Positions 27,915-38,017 are shown, counted from the first letter of the stretch. The stretch: DNA of 64,000 nucleotides from Candidatus Pelearchaeum maunauluense (GCA_030059675.1 JANVYQ010000004.1:1-64000); one strand, 5' to 3'. The notes: generated by a model from the letters alone, not told the origin. Made by a program: numbers and translations.

Positions 27915-29342
27915 ATGATAGGTAATAAGAAAACCGCACTGACAAGGTTGGAAGCCGTTCTCGCAGTTCTCTTCATAGTCGCCCTGATAGCCGCTGGCGC
28001 GGGGTGGGTCAGGCCCGTCGAGATGGGCGTCACAACCGTAACAAAGACGGTGGGAGAGGGGCAGGCTGCTACGGTCACCGTCACAGAGACCCAGCAGATA
28101 ACCGTAACTGAGACGGTTGTGAAACAGCCTGAGGCGCCGCGGAAGATCAAGATAGGCTTACTGACACACCAAACGGGGCCTGAAGCGCCTATAGGGCAGG
28201 ATATGGAGCGGGCATTCCTGCTTGCTGTTGAGGAGATAAACACGCGCGGCGGAGTCTATGTAGAGGAGTTCGGGACAAAGCTCTTGCTGGAGCCTGTTAT
28301 TGAGGACCAGCAGAGTAGCAGGGAAGGGACTGTGGCCGCTGCGGAGAGGCTGGTCAACGTCGACAAGGTTGATATAATCGTAGGCGGCTTCGGCAGCGCC
28401 TTCATACCAGGCGCCCAGCCAATAATCGCAGAGGCAGGAACACCATACATAATCACAGGAGTATCCACGCCGATAGTAGTAACCCGAACAGACATAGACA
28501 CCAGTTGGTTTGTCCTCTACCAGGCCATAGCGCCTGAGCATGGCCAGTCAATCTCGCTCATCCTGGCTGAGGCCGTAAAGCCCGTTGTGGCTCCAGATAG
28601 AAACCTAAAGGTTGCTGTTCTCTACCAGGACTCGCCCTTCGGTGAGGGATTCTTCGCTGGCATGAAGCTAATAATAGAGGAGAAGAACCTGCCTATTGAC
28701 TTGGTCTTCGTGGATAAGTTCAAGGTTAGGGAGACAGACTTCAGAGCTCTACTAACAGCGGCTGCGGCGGCTAACCCAGATGTGATAGTCCCAATAGGGT
28801 TCATAGGCGAGACCATCGCGGTCATCCAGCAGGGAGTAAGAGACCTGGGCATAAAGAAGCTCTACGGCCCAGTCTGCGTCTGTGTTGAGAGCCCAACATA
28901 CTATAAAGACCTCGGCCGTGAGGGAGAGTTCTCACTAATCCAGACATACTTCGGGCCGTATCACGTCCATCCGCGTGTTGCTGAGAAGGTCGCGGAGTTT
29001 AGTAAGAAGTTTGAGGAGAAGTGGGGTGTTAGGCCGGGCTCTCAGGGGCTCAGCGTGTATGACGCCGTGTATATAGCGGTGAAGGCGATTGAGGAGGCTG
29101 GCACGCTGGATAAGGCTAAGGTAGCCGAAGCGCTGAGGAACCTCGTCATGGGTGAGCTTCTGCTACCCGTGCCTGGTGGTGTCATAAAATTCAAGCCAAC
29201 AGGACACCAGACGTTTGAGCTCTATGGAGTACAGCTAATCTGGGACGAGAACGTCCAAGAGCTGCGGCCAGTAATCGTCTGGCCTAAGGAGATTGCCGAA
29301 GCCGAGGTAAGGCTTCCTTCAGGCTTCCAGCCTGGAGGCTAG
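27915..29342 (+). CDS. ABC transporter substrate-binding protein (branched-chain/aromatic acid family)
   Basis: N-terminal anchor, Thr/Val linker, KIKIGLL...TG, AVEEIN..GG and YDAVYI...AIE.AG. Confidence 0.9.
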   Translation: MIGNKKTALTRLEAVLAVLFIVALIAAGAGWVRPVEMGVTTVTKTVGEGQAATVTVTETQQITVTETVVKQPEAPRKIKIGLLTHQTGPEAPIGQDMERAFLLAVEEINTRGGVYVEEFGTKLLLEPVIEDQQSSREGTVAAAERLVNVDKVDIIVGGFGSAFIPGAQPIIAEAGTPYIITGVSTPIVVTRTDIDTSWFVLYQAIAPEHGQSISLILAEAVKPVVAPDRNLKVAVLYQDSPFGEGFFAGMKLIIEEKNLPIDLVFVDKFKVRETDFRALLTAAAAANPDVIVPIGFIGETIAVIQQGVRDLGIKKLYGPVCVCVESPTYYKDLGREGEFSLIQTYFGPYHVHPRVAEKVAEFSKKFEEKWGVRPGSQGLSVYDAVYIAVKAIEEAGTLDKAKVAEALRNLVMGELLLPVPGGVIKFKPTGHQTFELYGVQLIWDENVQELRPVIVWPKEIAEAEVRLPSGFQPGG

Positions 29343-29414
29343 AAACACACCATATAATAACACACTATTATTTTTATTTCCGCCAAGAATATAAAGCGGG
29401 TCTGGGTGCCATGA

Positions 29415-30305
29415 ATGGTTCTTGACGCTACAACCATAACCAGAATAATATTCTGGGGGCTGGTGGCGGGTAGCATATACACGCTCCTCGCCACAGGGCT
29501 CAACATAATATTCGGAGTTATGAAGGTCGTAAACTTCGCACATGGCGAGGTTATGATACTAGGCTCGTATGTTACGTTCTATCTCTGGAGCATGGCTCAG
29601 CTCAATCCGTATATGGTGATACCTGTAGCCATGCTCGTCGTCGCTGGGCTTGGCATGCTAATAGAGAGGCTCAGCTTTAGGCCGATAAAGGGGACGAGCA
29701 AGATAAACGAGATATTCCTAAGCTTGGCGCTCATACTCATCCTACAAAACGCGATGGCGGTGGTCGCGGTAGCAAATCTACGCGAGCTCAAGCCAGTGCT
29801 AATCAGCAGCCCATTCCGCCTAGAGAGCATACCACTAGGCCCCGTTAGCCTTCCCAACGACTTCGCGGTCATACTCTCAGTAACAGCACTAGTGCTTGTT
29901 GGTCTCCTCCTAGTTTTACGTAGAACGGGGTTTGGGAGACGTCTCAGGGCTGTGAGCCAGAATAGGACAGCGGCCGCCCTGATGGGCGTTGATGTGGAGA
30001 GGATGGATATGATTAGCTTTGGGATAGGCTCAGCCTTAGCTGCACTCGCGGGCGCTTTCCTCGCGATACTCGCGCCCTTTGACCCGTATTCTGGCACGTT
30101 CCCAGCAATCAAGGCGTTTGCGGTGATAATCCTCGGTGGTCTGGGGAGCATATCTGGCGCTGTGGTGGCCGGGTTCATACTCGGCCTCTCAGAGTCGGCC
30201 GCAGCATTCCTGCTGGGCGGCGTGTGGAAGGATGCCATAGCATTCGCGTTCCTTACAGCGATACTCGTGGTGAGGCCTGAGGGCATATTCGGGGAACGTG
30301 GATGA
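29415..30305 (+). CDS. ABC permease, LivH-like
   Basis: GLNIIFGVMKVVNFAHGE and ILGGLGS. Confidence 0.92.
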   Translation: MVLDATTITRIIFWGLVAGSIYTLLATGLNIIFGVMKVVNFAHGEVMILGSYVTFYLWSMAQLNPYMVIPVAMLVVAGLGMLIERLSFRPIKGTSKINEIFLSLALILILQNAMAVVAVANLRELKPVLISSPFRLESIPLGPVSLPNDFAVILSVTALVLVGLLLVLRRTGFGRRLRAVSQNRTAAALMGVDVERMDMISFGIGSALAALAGAFLAILAPFDPYSGTFPAIKAFAVIILGGLGSISGAVVAGFILGLSESAAAFLLGGVWKDAIAFAFLTAILVVRPEGIFGERG

Positions 30306-31276
30306 AGAAGGGCTTCATCGCTGGAATCATACTACTGGCCACCGCCTCAGCGGTGCCGATGATAACACAAGAGCCATACATCCTCCAAACACTCTCCATA
30401 GCATACGTCTTCGCCATCTACTCAATAGGCTGGAACATCCTTGCCCTCTCTGGCCAGGTCTCCCTAGGACACGCGGCATTCTTCGGCATAGGAGCGTATA
30501 GCTCGGTCATCTTGGCGAGGGCTTACGGCCTGCCCCCAGCGATAACAGTGGTTGTAGGCCCGCTCTTCACAGCGTTGGTGGGGCTTGGCATAGGCCTGCT
30601 ATGCGTAAGGCTGAAAGAATGGTTCCTCGCGATGGTTACGTTTGGGTTTGCTGTGATAATGCAGGCTATCGTGGTTGATGACCAGCTCCGCTGGCTCACT
30701 AACGGGTGGGATGGTCTTCTGGCCCCTCATCTTATTCCCCCAGAGTTTGAGCCCCGGCGTGTATGGAATTACTACGCCCTCCTAGCGGCTACCGTCATAA
30801 CGTATATCGCCAGCTACCTCATCTTCAACTCGCGGCTGGGGCTGGCTTTCAAGACGATAAGGGATAACGAACTAGTAGCGCGGGTATGTGGTGTCAAGAC
30901 CATGCGCTACAAGCTACTATCCTTCGTCATAAGCACATACATAGCAGGCGTAGCGGGAGCGTTGCAGTATCATGTCCTCTTCAGATTCCTCTCACCAGAG
31001 GTCTTCCACCTCCAGACATCATTCTGGCCCCTCATCTTCACAGTAGGCGGCGGGCTTGGGACGCTTGAAGGACCGTTGATAGGCTCTATAATCCTCTGGT
31101 TAGCCTGGGAGGCGTTCAGAGCTATAGCAGGGTTCTACGGCCTGATAGGGCTAGGCATCTTCCTCGCGCTTGTCATAATACTCATGCCAGGCGGTATAAG
31201 GTCGCTGATAGCTAAAGCGCCGTCGCTAATCTATGGGTTTGGGGAAAGGAGGAAAGTCATATCCCAAGGTATGTAG
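30302..31276 (+). CDS. ABC permease, LivM-like
   Basis: GQVSLGHAAFFGIGAY, IRDNE and GGLGT. Confidence 0.92.
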   Translation: MKKGFIAGIILLATASAVPMITQEPYILQTLSIAYVFAIYSIGWNILALSGQVSLGHAAFFGIGAYSSVILARAYGLPPAITVVVGPLFTALVGLGIGLLCVRLKEWFLAMVTFGFAVIMQAIVVDDQLRWLTNGWDGLLAPHLIPPEFEPRRVWNYYALLAATVITYIASYLIFNSRLGLAFKTIRDNELVARVCGVKTMRYKLLSFVISTYIAGVAGALQYHVLFRFLSPEVFHLQTSFWPLIFTVGGGLGTLEGPLIGSIILWLAWEAFRAIAGFYGLIGLGIFLALVIILMPGGIRSLIAKAPSLIYGFGERRKVISQGM

Positions 31277-31973
31277 CCCTTATCCGCTCATCAGCCATAA
31301 GCTCCTCCCGCCTTCCCTCTGCTGCTATCCTACCAGTCTCCAGCAGGTAAGCCCTATCCGAGACCTCAAGCGCCATCAGCGCGTTCTGCTCCACCAGTAG
31401 CATGGTGAGCTCCTCCTCGCGAAGCTGCTCCAAAACCCTGAATATCCGCGCAACTATGTTGGGAGCCAACCCCGTTGACGGCTCGTCAAGCACCAGGAGG
31501 CGGGGCTTTGACATCAACGCCCTACCTATGGCGAGCATCTGCCGCTGCCCGCCGCTCAGAGTACCCGCCTGCTGGTTCTTCCTCTCCTTCAGTATGGGAA
31601 ACAGGCTGTAAACCTCCTCCAATACCTGCTGCACGTCATAGTTCTTTGGAAGCAGATCAGCACCCATCATGAGGTTCTCGTAGACCGTCATGTGGGGGAA
31701 TAGCTCTCTCCCTTCTGGGACGCTTGATATTCCGAGACGCGCAACCTTATGCGGTGGCAGGCCGTTTATCCTCTTTCCATCAAATACAATATCACCTGAG
31801 GCTGGCTTGACCAGGCCCGTTATAGCCTTGAGTGTGGTTGTTTTTCCCGCTCCGTTGGGGCCTAGGAGCGAGACTATCTCGCCGCGCCTAACTTCTAGCG
31901 AGATTCCCCACAGCACGCGAACCTTCCCATACCCAGCGTGAAGCTCCCTGACTTGGAGCATAACTCGCCACAC
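31257..31973 (-). CDS. ABC ATP-binding protein, LivF-like
   Basis: GPNGAGKT, LSGGQRQMLAIGRALM, LDEPS and VEQN. Confidence 0.93.
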   Translation of the reverse strand: MWRVMLQVRELHAGYGKVRVLWGISLEVRRGEIVSLLGPNGAGKTTTLKAITGLVKPASGDIVFDGKRINGLPPHKVARLGISSVPEGRELFPHMTVYENLMMGADLLPKNYDVQQVLEEVYSLFPILKERKNQQAGTLSGGQRQMLAIGRALMSKPRLLVLDEPSTGLAPNIVARIFRVLEQLREEELTMLLVEQNALMALEVSDRAYLLETGRIAAEGRREELMADERIRATYLGI

Positions 31974-31976
31974 CTC

Positions 31977-32711
31977 TCAACTATATTTCTCGCCAAGATA
32001 AGCCCTAACCACAGCCTCCATGCGCGTTATCTCCTCAGGCCTCCCCTCTGCTATCTTCTCCCCAAAATGAAGCACAACAACCCGCTCACACAGGTTCATG
32101 ACTATCCGCATGTTATGCTCTATGAGCATTATCGTCATCCCGCTCTCCCTTATACGCCTAACCAGGCTTATCGCCTCGTTTATCTGCGCCACGTTTAGGC
32201 CGGTGAATATCTCGTCCAGCAGTAGTAGCGCTGGCCTTGTGGCGAGGGCGCGGGCCAGCTCTAGGCGCTTCAGCTCGACAATCGTCAAGTCCTTGGCTGG
32301 CGTGTTCCTCTTCCCAGATAGGCCGACATACTCTATAATCTCATCTACCCTCCTATCAACCTCCCCAGAGCTGTTCTTCCTCCCAACCTTCCCAAAGATA
32401 TAACCAGCCTTCACATGCTCCCTCACGGTGAGTGTTGGAAACGACTGGGCTATCTGGAAAGTCCTCCCAACACCAAGCCTGCAAATATCCTCAGGCGACT
32501 TACGCGTTATGTCATGACCCTTGAATAATATCCTACCATCCTCCGGCTTATACACGCCGGAGATTACGTTGATGAGCGTCGTCTTTCCAGAGCCGTTGGG
32601 GCCTATTAGGCCGACTATCTCCCCTTGGGATATCTCCAAATCCACGTTCTTGAGAGCAACTATACCGCCAAACCTTTTGGTGATATTCTCAACTTTTAGC
32701 AACGTGTTCAA
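31977..32711 (-). CDS. ABC ATP-binding protein, LivG-like
   Basis: GPNGSGKT, RTFQ, LDE, IEHNM and AYLG. Confidence 0.93.
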   Translation of the reverse strand: MNTLLKVENITKRFGGIVALKNVDLEISQGEIVGLIGPNGSGKTTLINVISGVYKPEDGRILFKGHDITRKSPEDICRLGVGRTFQIAQSFPTLTVREHVKAGYIFGKVGRKNSSGEVDRRVDEIIEYVGLSGKRNTPAKDLTIVELKRLELARALATRPALLLLDEIFTGLNVAQINEAISLVRRIRESGMTIMLIEHNMRIVMNLCERVVVLHFGEKIAEGRPEEITRMEAVVRAYLGEKYS

Positions 32712-32766
32712 GCGTTACGCCTCCTCTAGTTGTTGCCTGTTCGGCGTTGTCTTTTGTTCTAGTATG

Positions 32767-32946
32767 CTATAAGCTATACCCAGCCTCGCTCCGCTTGAGG
32801 CTCTCCAAGAGCGTCTGGGCGTGGCTCATCATGTGCCGCGCTGTTCTCTCCACACCATAGTTCCCAGACTTCCCAGCCTCATCGGCCAGCTCTTTTAGGG
32901 CGGTATAGACCTGCTCAACCTTCCTAAGCATCTCGTCATTACCCAT
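32767..32946 (-). CDS. 59-aa helical hypothetical protein (not in the ORF track)
   Basis: MGNDEMLRKVEQVYTALKELADEAGKSGNYGVERTARHMMSHAQTLLESLKRSEAGYSL; ATG immediately follows the paaK stop, with GGAG upstream. Confidence 0.65.
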   Translation of the reverse strand: MGNDEMLRKVEQVYTALKELADEAGKSGNYGVERTARHMMSHAQTLLESLKRSEAGYSL

Positions 32947-32947
32947 C

Positions 32948-34231
32948 TTAACTCCCCTCCTTGATTATGATTCTCCTGCTCTTCCCCTCGTAGCGCGGCA
33001 AGCTCCCTTCGGGGACGAACTCCACATGCGGTGTGACGAACATGAGGCCGCGCTTAAGCTCTGCTGATATCTTCTCGCGTAGCTCTGGCGTGTCGCGCTG
33101 CTGCTCCAGCTCCACCTTAATCCAGATACCGCCGCCAATAAGGGACTTATCAACAACCACTTGATACTCCATCACCTCGGGGAACTTGAAGAGAGCCTCC
33201 TGTATCGTGCTGGGCCATATCTTAGCCCCGCGGTAGTGTATGACGTCATCAACCCTTCCGCGAATCCACTTACAGCGCGGGAATGCGTCGCGCCCACACT
33301 CGCAGCCGCTATCGTCAATAAGCGTTATGTCGCGCATCCTATACCTGACCAAAGGCATGGCCTCCTTCGTCAAGGTCGTTACAACCATCTCGCCCTCCTC
33401 ACCTGGTGGTACTGGCTCCAGCGTCTCTGGGTCTATTATCTCCAGGTAGATGTGGTCTATCCAGAAGTGGAAGCCTTGCTCATACTCGCACTCTATCCCA
33501 GAGCCTGGGCCCAGCAGCTCTGTAGCCCCGAAGACGTTCCTAGCTCCCCCGCTCTTCTCCTTCAACGCGAAGCCCTCCTCAAGACGCCTGCGTGCCTCCT
33601 CTGTCCACATCTCGGCGCCTGGTATGGTTATTCTGAGCGAGGTCTTCTCAGGGTCTATGCCGCGTTTTCGGAGGGTCTCAAGTATGTAGAGCTGGTATGA
33701 TGGTGTTCCAGTCATGACGGTGGGCTTGAAGTCCCTTATGATGTCTATCATCGCTTCTGTCCTGCCTACGCCCCATGGTATTACGGTGGCGCCAACCATG
33801 TGCGAGGGCTGGTGGAAGCCCAAACCACCCGTGAAGAGCCCATAGCCGTAGATGTTTAGCATGATATCGCCCTTCCTCACGCCGCATGTAACGAGTGAGC
33901 GCGCCATCAAGTTAACCCATGTCTCGTGGTCCTTGTAGGTGTATGGCCCAACCGTAGGCTTTCCAGTCGTTCCAGACGTCATATGCCAGCAGATTAGCTC
34001 CTCGCGGGGCACGCAGAGGAAATCACCGCCATACGGGTAGCTATAAACCCGCAGGTCATCCTTTGTCGTGAAGGGGAATTTGCGTATATCCTCCAGCTTC
34101 TTCAAGTCATCTGGATTAACCCCAGCCTCGTCAAACCGCTTATGATAGAACCTACTGCGCTCATACACGTAACGAAGTATGAACTTGAGACGCTTCAACT
34201 GAAGCTCCTGCAGCTCGGAGCGCTTCATCAA
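32948..34231 (-). CDS. paaK: Phenylacetate-CoA ligase family protein
   Basis: PFTTKDDLR, TSGTTGKPT, YGLFTGGLG, EAMPLVRYR..D and GRVDD. Confidence 0.9.
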   Translation of the reverse strand: MMKRSELQELQLKRLKFILRYVYERSRFYHKRFDEAGVNPDDLKKLEDIRKFPFTTKDDLRVYSYPYGGDFLCVPREELICWHMTSGTTGKPTVGPYTYKDHETWVNLMARSLVTCGVRKGDIMLNIYGYGLFTGGLGFHQPSHMVGATVIPWGVGRTEAMIDIIRDFKPTVMTGTPSYQLYILETLRKRGIDPEKTSLRITIPGAEMWTEEARRRLEEGFALKEKSGGARNVFGATELLGPGSGIECEYEQGFHFWIDHIYLEIIDPETLEPVPPGEEGEMVVTTLTKEAMPLVRYRMRDITLIDDSGCECGRDAFPRCKWIRGRVDDVIHYRGAKIWPSTIQEALFKFPEVMEYQVVVDKSLIGGGIWIKVELEQQRDTPELREKISAELKRGLMFVTPHVEFVPEGSLPRYEGKSRRIIIKEGS

Positions 34232-34395
34232 CTCTATATGGGGCTCCCAGTAAAGCGTCTTGGAGGTCGTTTTTCACTCACCCCAACCCACCCGCAGAAT
34301 GAGCATTAATAAGCGTTTAGCGTAGATACCATAACATCGATGGAGTTGGTTGGTATACGTCTAAATAGGTTAGGTTGTTGGGGCTGGGTTAGGCT

Positions 34396-35439
34396 ATGGG
34401 GAGAATAGTCCCATCCACGCCTGGGATAAGGATACTTCAGTCAATCAAGGGAGGAAGCTACACGGTAACAATACCGCGCTGGTGGGTGGATAAGCACGGC
34501 CTAAAGAAAGGCTCCAAGCTCTTCGTGGCCGAGGACGGCGTCTCACTACGAATAGCTGCGCGAGAATCTATACAGATGAAGAAGACAGTTGAGATAGACC
34601 TAGACTCGCTGAAGGATATGAAGTCAGCCCGCTGCTGCATACTCACCTACTACATGCAGGGGGCTGATGAGATGATAGTCAAGTCGCGCGATGTGCTTTC
34701 TGCTGATAGGAAGAAGCAACTACGCGAGATGAGGCTCGCCTTGCCTGGCGTTGAGATAATCCATGACGACACTCACCGAATCGTGTACCGCGTATTCACC
34801 GAGGAGATGAACGAGAAGCTGGACGATACGATAATGATGATTCATAACATGGCGTTGACGACGCACCGCGACGCTGTGCGCAGCGTTGTTAGCGATAATG
34901 CTGGGCTTGCTAATGATGTTGTGAGCCGTGAAGCTGAGCTTCTGAGAATTTACCGAAAACTCATACGCCACCTCGCGCTGTGTAGCACGAATCCTGAGAT
35001 AGCGTTCAAGAGCGGCGTTGGAGATAGTAGGGAGCTGGTTACGTACGCGCTCGTTGCGAGAGACCTAAACAGAACGGTGTATCACGCAATCTACATAGCC
35101 AAACACTACCTAAGGCTTGCGAAGCCCATATCCGCTGGAAAGATGCTAAAGATGATTGAGGTTCTCTCCGAGACCGCCAGTAAGATGCAGCAATTGGCTG
35201 TAGAGGCATTCATAGACAAGAACTTCCAGAAGATCTTGGATGTTACCTCCATGATGCAGGACGTGAAGCAGCAAGAGGAGAAGATAAACTTCAGCGTGGT
35301 GGATAATGTGAAGAACTTGGAGCAGGCTATCACGCTTCTCATGATTGCGCGCGAGATTAGGCGTATAGCTGGCTATAGCGTGGCGATGGCTGATGCGGCT
35401 GCTAACCGCATACTCGCTCCTGGCCGCGCCGCTGTATAA
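34396..35439 (+). CDS. Archaeal AbrB-PhoU regulator
   Basis: N-terminal R.LQ...GGSYTVTIPR.WV (AbrB) followed by two PhoU-like helical repeats. Confidence 0.85.
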   Translation: MGRIVPSTPGIRILQSIKGGSYTVTIPRWWVDKHGLKKGSKLFVAEDGVSLRIAARESIQMKKTVEIDLDSLKDMKSARCCILTYYMQGADEMIVKSRDVLSADRKKQLREMRLALPGVEIIHDDTHRIVYRVFTEEMNEKLDDTIMMIHNMALTTHRDAVRSVVSDNAGLANDVVSREAELLRIYRKLIRHLALCSTNPEIAFKSGVGDSRELVTYALVARDLNRTVYHAIYIAKHYLRLAKPISAGKMLKMIEVLSETASKMQQLAVEAFIDKNFQKILDVTSMMQDVKQQEEKINFSVVDNVKNLEQAITLLMIAREIRRIAGYSVAMADAAANRILAPGRAAV

Positions 35440-35504
35440 TTTTTGTTATAATTATATAATTAATATTCAAAAAATATAAACTTCCAACCAGCAACAACTA
35501 CCAG

Positions 35505-37076
35505 ATGACCCTCCAGAAAATCCCCACCTACTGCTACCAGTGCGTCTGCGGACCAGACCTGCTCAAAATAGTCGTAAAAGACGGCACGCCAGTAGCTGTT
35601 GAGCCCAATTTTGACGTCAGCGATAAGCATCCAGCAGGCGGGAGAGTATGCATCAAGGCGTATGGGCTTATACAGAAGATGTACAATCCTTGGCGCGTTA
35701 AGGCTCCTATGGTTAGGACGAACCCGCGTAAGGGTGTTGATGAGGACCCTGGCTGGAGGGAGGTTTCGTGGGATGAGGCTCTTGAGCTTGTTGCATCCAA
35801 GCTCCGCAAGGTGCGTGGTAGGGGGCTTCTGGACGAGCGCGGCTATCCCAGGCTCGCGGTAACGCTGGGCGGCGCTGGGACGCCGCAGGCATACTTCGGA
35901 ACGCTCAACGCGTTCTTCGCAGCGTGTGGGCCTATTGACTTCAGCCTAGGAAGCGGCCAGGGGGTTAAGTGCTACCACACCGAGCACCTATTCGGCGAAT
36001 ACTGGCACCGCGCATTCATAGTCGCGGCAGATGTTCCATACACGCGCCTCGTAATCTCTTTCGGTCATAATGATAATGCCTCTGGAGGAGTTACAGGAGT
36101 ATGGCGTAACGCCCATGCCCGCGTTAATGGTATGCGCTGGGTGCAGGTAGAGCCGCACCTCTCCGTTACTGGCGCTACCGCCGACGAGTGGATTCCCATA
36201 AAGCCGAAGACAGACGCGGCGTTCCTCTACGGAATGCTCCACACCATACTCCACGAGATGCGTTGGCAGGATGTATGCGACTTGGAGTTTCTCAAGCGGA
36301 TGACGAACAGCCCATACCTCATAGGCCCCCGCGGCTACTACATACGCGACCCAGAGAGCAGGAAGCCGTTGGTATGGGATAAGCTTCGCGGCGAGCCGCG
36401 CGCCTATGACGACGCGACAGTAAGCGAGCCAGCCCTCGTGGGCAGGTTTAGGGTTGGGCGCTGCGTGGAGATAGGCCCAGACGGCGAGACGTGGGAGTAT
36501 GAAGATGTGGAATGCAGGCCAGCGTTTGACCTGCTCATAGAGCACATGAAGCCATACACCCCAGAATGGGCTGCGAAAATCTGCGACTTAAGCTCTGACG
36601 TAATCAGAAGACTGGCGCGCGAGTTCATCAGCAGCGCGATGGTCGGCGCAACGGTTGAGGTTGACGGCGTCAAGATGCCGCTGAGGCCTGTGGCCATACT
36701 GCTAGGGAAAACAGTCTCCAACGGCTGGGGAGCATACCAGGCAGTATGGGCCAGGACTATACTCCAGTCCCTAGTCGGCGCTCTAGAGGTTCCTGGCTCA
36801 ATACTCGGGGTAACAATCAGGCTGAATAGGCCGATGTTTGACAGGCTGGAGAGCGTGAAGATAGGTGCTGACGGCTTCATGGCGCAGCAGCTCAACCCAA
36901 CAGACCGCGAGCGTTGGGAGGCGGCGCGCGTGGGGATACCTATAACAGTCTCGCTGCGAGGCCCCCTATTCTCAGGGGTTTATGCAGCCATGAAGACAGG
37001 TGTAACCATGGTGAGCATAGTGCATGGCCGCGTGCTCACGGCATACGCCAATCCCGATAGAATAATAATCCCGTGA
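35505..37076 (+). pseudogene. Chimera: N-terminal half of a PadB-like DMSO-reductase-family molybdoenzyme fused in frame to the C-terminus of an FdhD-like protein
   Basis: PTYCYQCV.GPD...CIKAYGL, KCYHTEHLFGE and KTVSNGWG (PadB-like); Moco-binding C-terminal half absent; tail AARVGIPITVS.......A...GVTMV.......AYANPDRI matches the FdhD C-terminal pattern. Confidence 0.75.
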
Positions 37077-37077
37077 T

Positions 37078-37560
37078 ATGTTTAGAGTATTAAATAAAAC
37101 TCCAACAGCCAGCCTATGCGTGGAGCAGAGGCACGTAACACGTCTGAGGGTAAGGCTATCCGAGACAGATACCCTGGGAATCGTGTATTATGGCCAGTAC
37201 TTCGTCTATTTTGACGTGGCGCGGCTGGAGCTACTACGCGAGCTTGGAATAACGTCAGACTACCTCCAGAGACTTGGCCTCCATTTCGTCGCGGCAGAGG
37301 CTTCATGTAGGTATTTCGGCTCTGCGCGCTTTGATGAGCTACTACAGGTGAAGACATGGATTTCAAAGCTGGGAAACAGCAGCATAAGGTATGAGCATAT
37401 TATTGAGCGAGAGAATGACGGCCAAAAGCTTGTCCACGGCTTTGTTGTAGACGTCCTGGTGGATGCTGATGGTAGGCCTGTGAGCTTACCTGCCGAGATG
37501 CGGGAGAAGCTCTCCAAATATCTAATACCCCAGCGGGAAGAAGCTGGAGCAACGGCATAG
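37078..37560 (+). CDS. Acyl-CoA thioesterase (4HBT/YbgC hotdog family)
   Basis: VR.SETD.LGIVYY..YF.YFD.AR. Confidence 0.9.
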   Translation: MFRVLNKTPTASLCVEQRHVTRLRVRLSETDTLGIVYYGQYFVYFDVARLELLRELGITSDYLQRLGLHFVAAEASCRYFGSARFDELLQVKTWISKLGNSSIRYEHIIERENDGQKLVHGFVVDVLVDADGRPVSLPAEMREKLSKYLIPQREEAGATA

Positions 37561-37571
37561 GTGAGTAAAAT

Positions 37572-38000
37572 ATGGAGCAGGACGTTCCCGAGAGTCTAGT
37601 AGCCAAGTTCAGGTCAGACCCTTTCCTGCGTTATCTGGGTGTAAGGATAACCGAGGTTCGGCGTGGGTACTGTCGGGCTGAGATGAAGGTTGGTGGCGAT
37701 ATGCTGAATTTTCACGGCGTTGCTCATGGTGGGGCTATATTCACCTTAGCTGACGCTGCATTCGCGGTTGCGAGCAACTCTCATGGAACACGGGCAGTGG
37801 CGCTGATGATGGATATAGCATTCCGCCACCCAGCCATGGAGGGAGACGAGCTCGTAGCAGAAGCAACAGAGACGAGCCTAGGAAGGAGAACGGCACTATA
37901 CTACATAACGGTCAGAAAGACGGACGGCACGCTCGTAGCGTCGTGCCAAGGCATGGTCTTTAGGAGCGGCGAGAGTATTGAAAATACCACAAAAGAATAA
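37572..38000 (+). CDS. paaI: PaaI-type aryl-acetyl-CoA thioesterase
   Basis: MLNFHGVAHGGAIFTLADAAFAVASNS. Confidence 0.88.
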   Translation: MEQDVPESLVAKFRSDPFLRYLGVRITEVRRGYCRAEMKVGGDMLNFHGVAHGGAIFTLADAAFAVASNSHGTRAVALMMDIAFRHPAMEGDELVAEATETSLGRRTALYYITVRKTDGTLVASCQGMVFRSGESIENTTKE

Positions 38001-38017
38001 TGGAAGGTTCTGCATTG

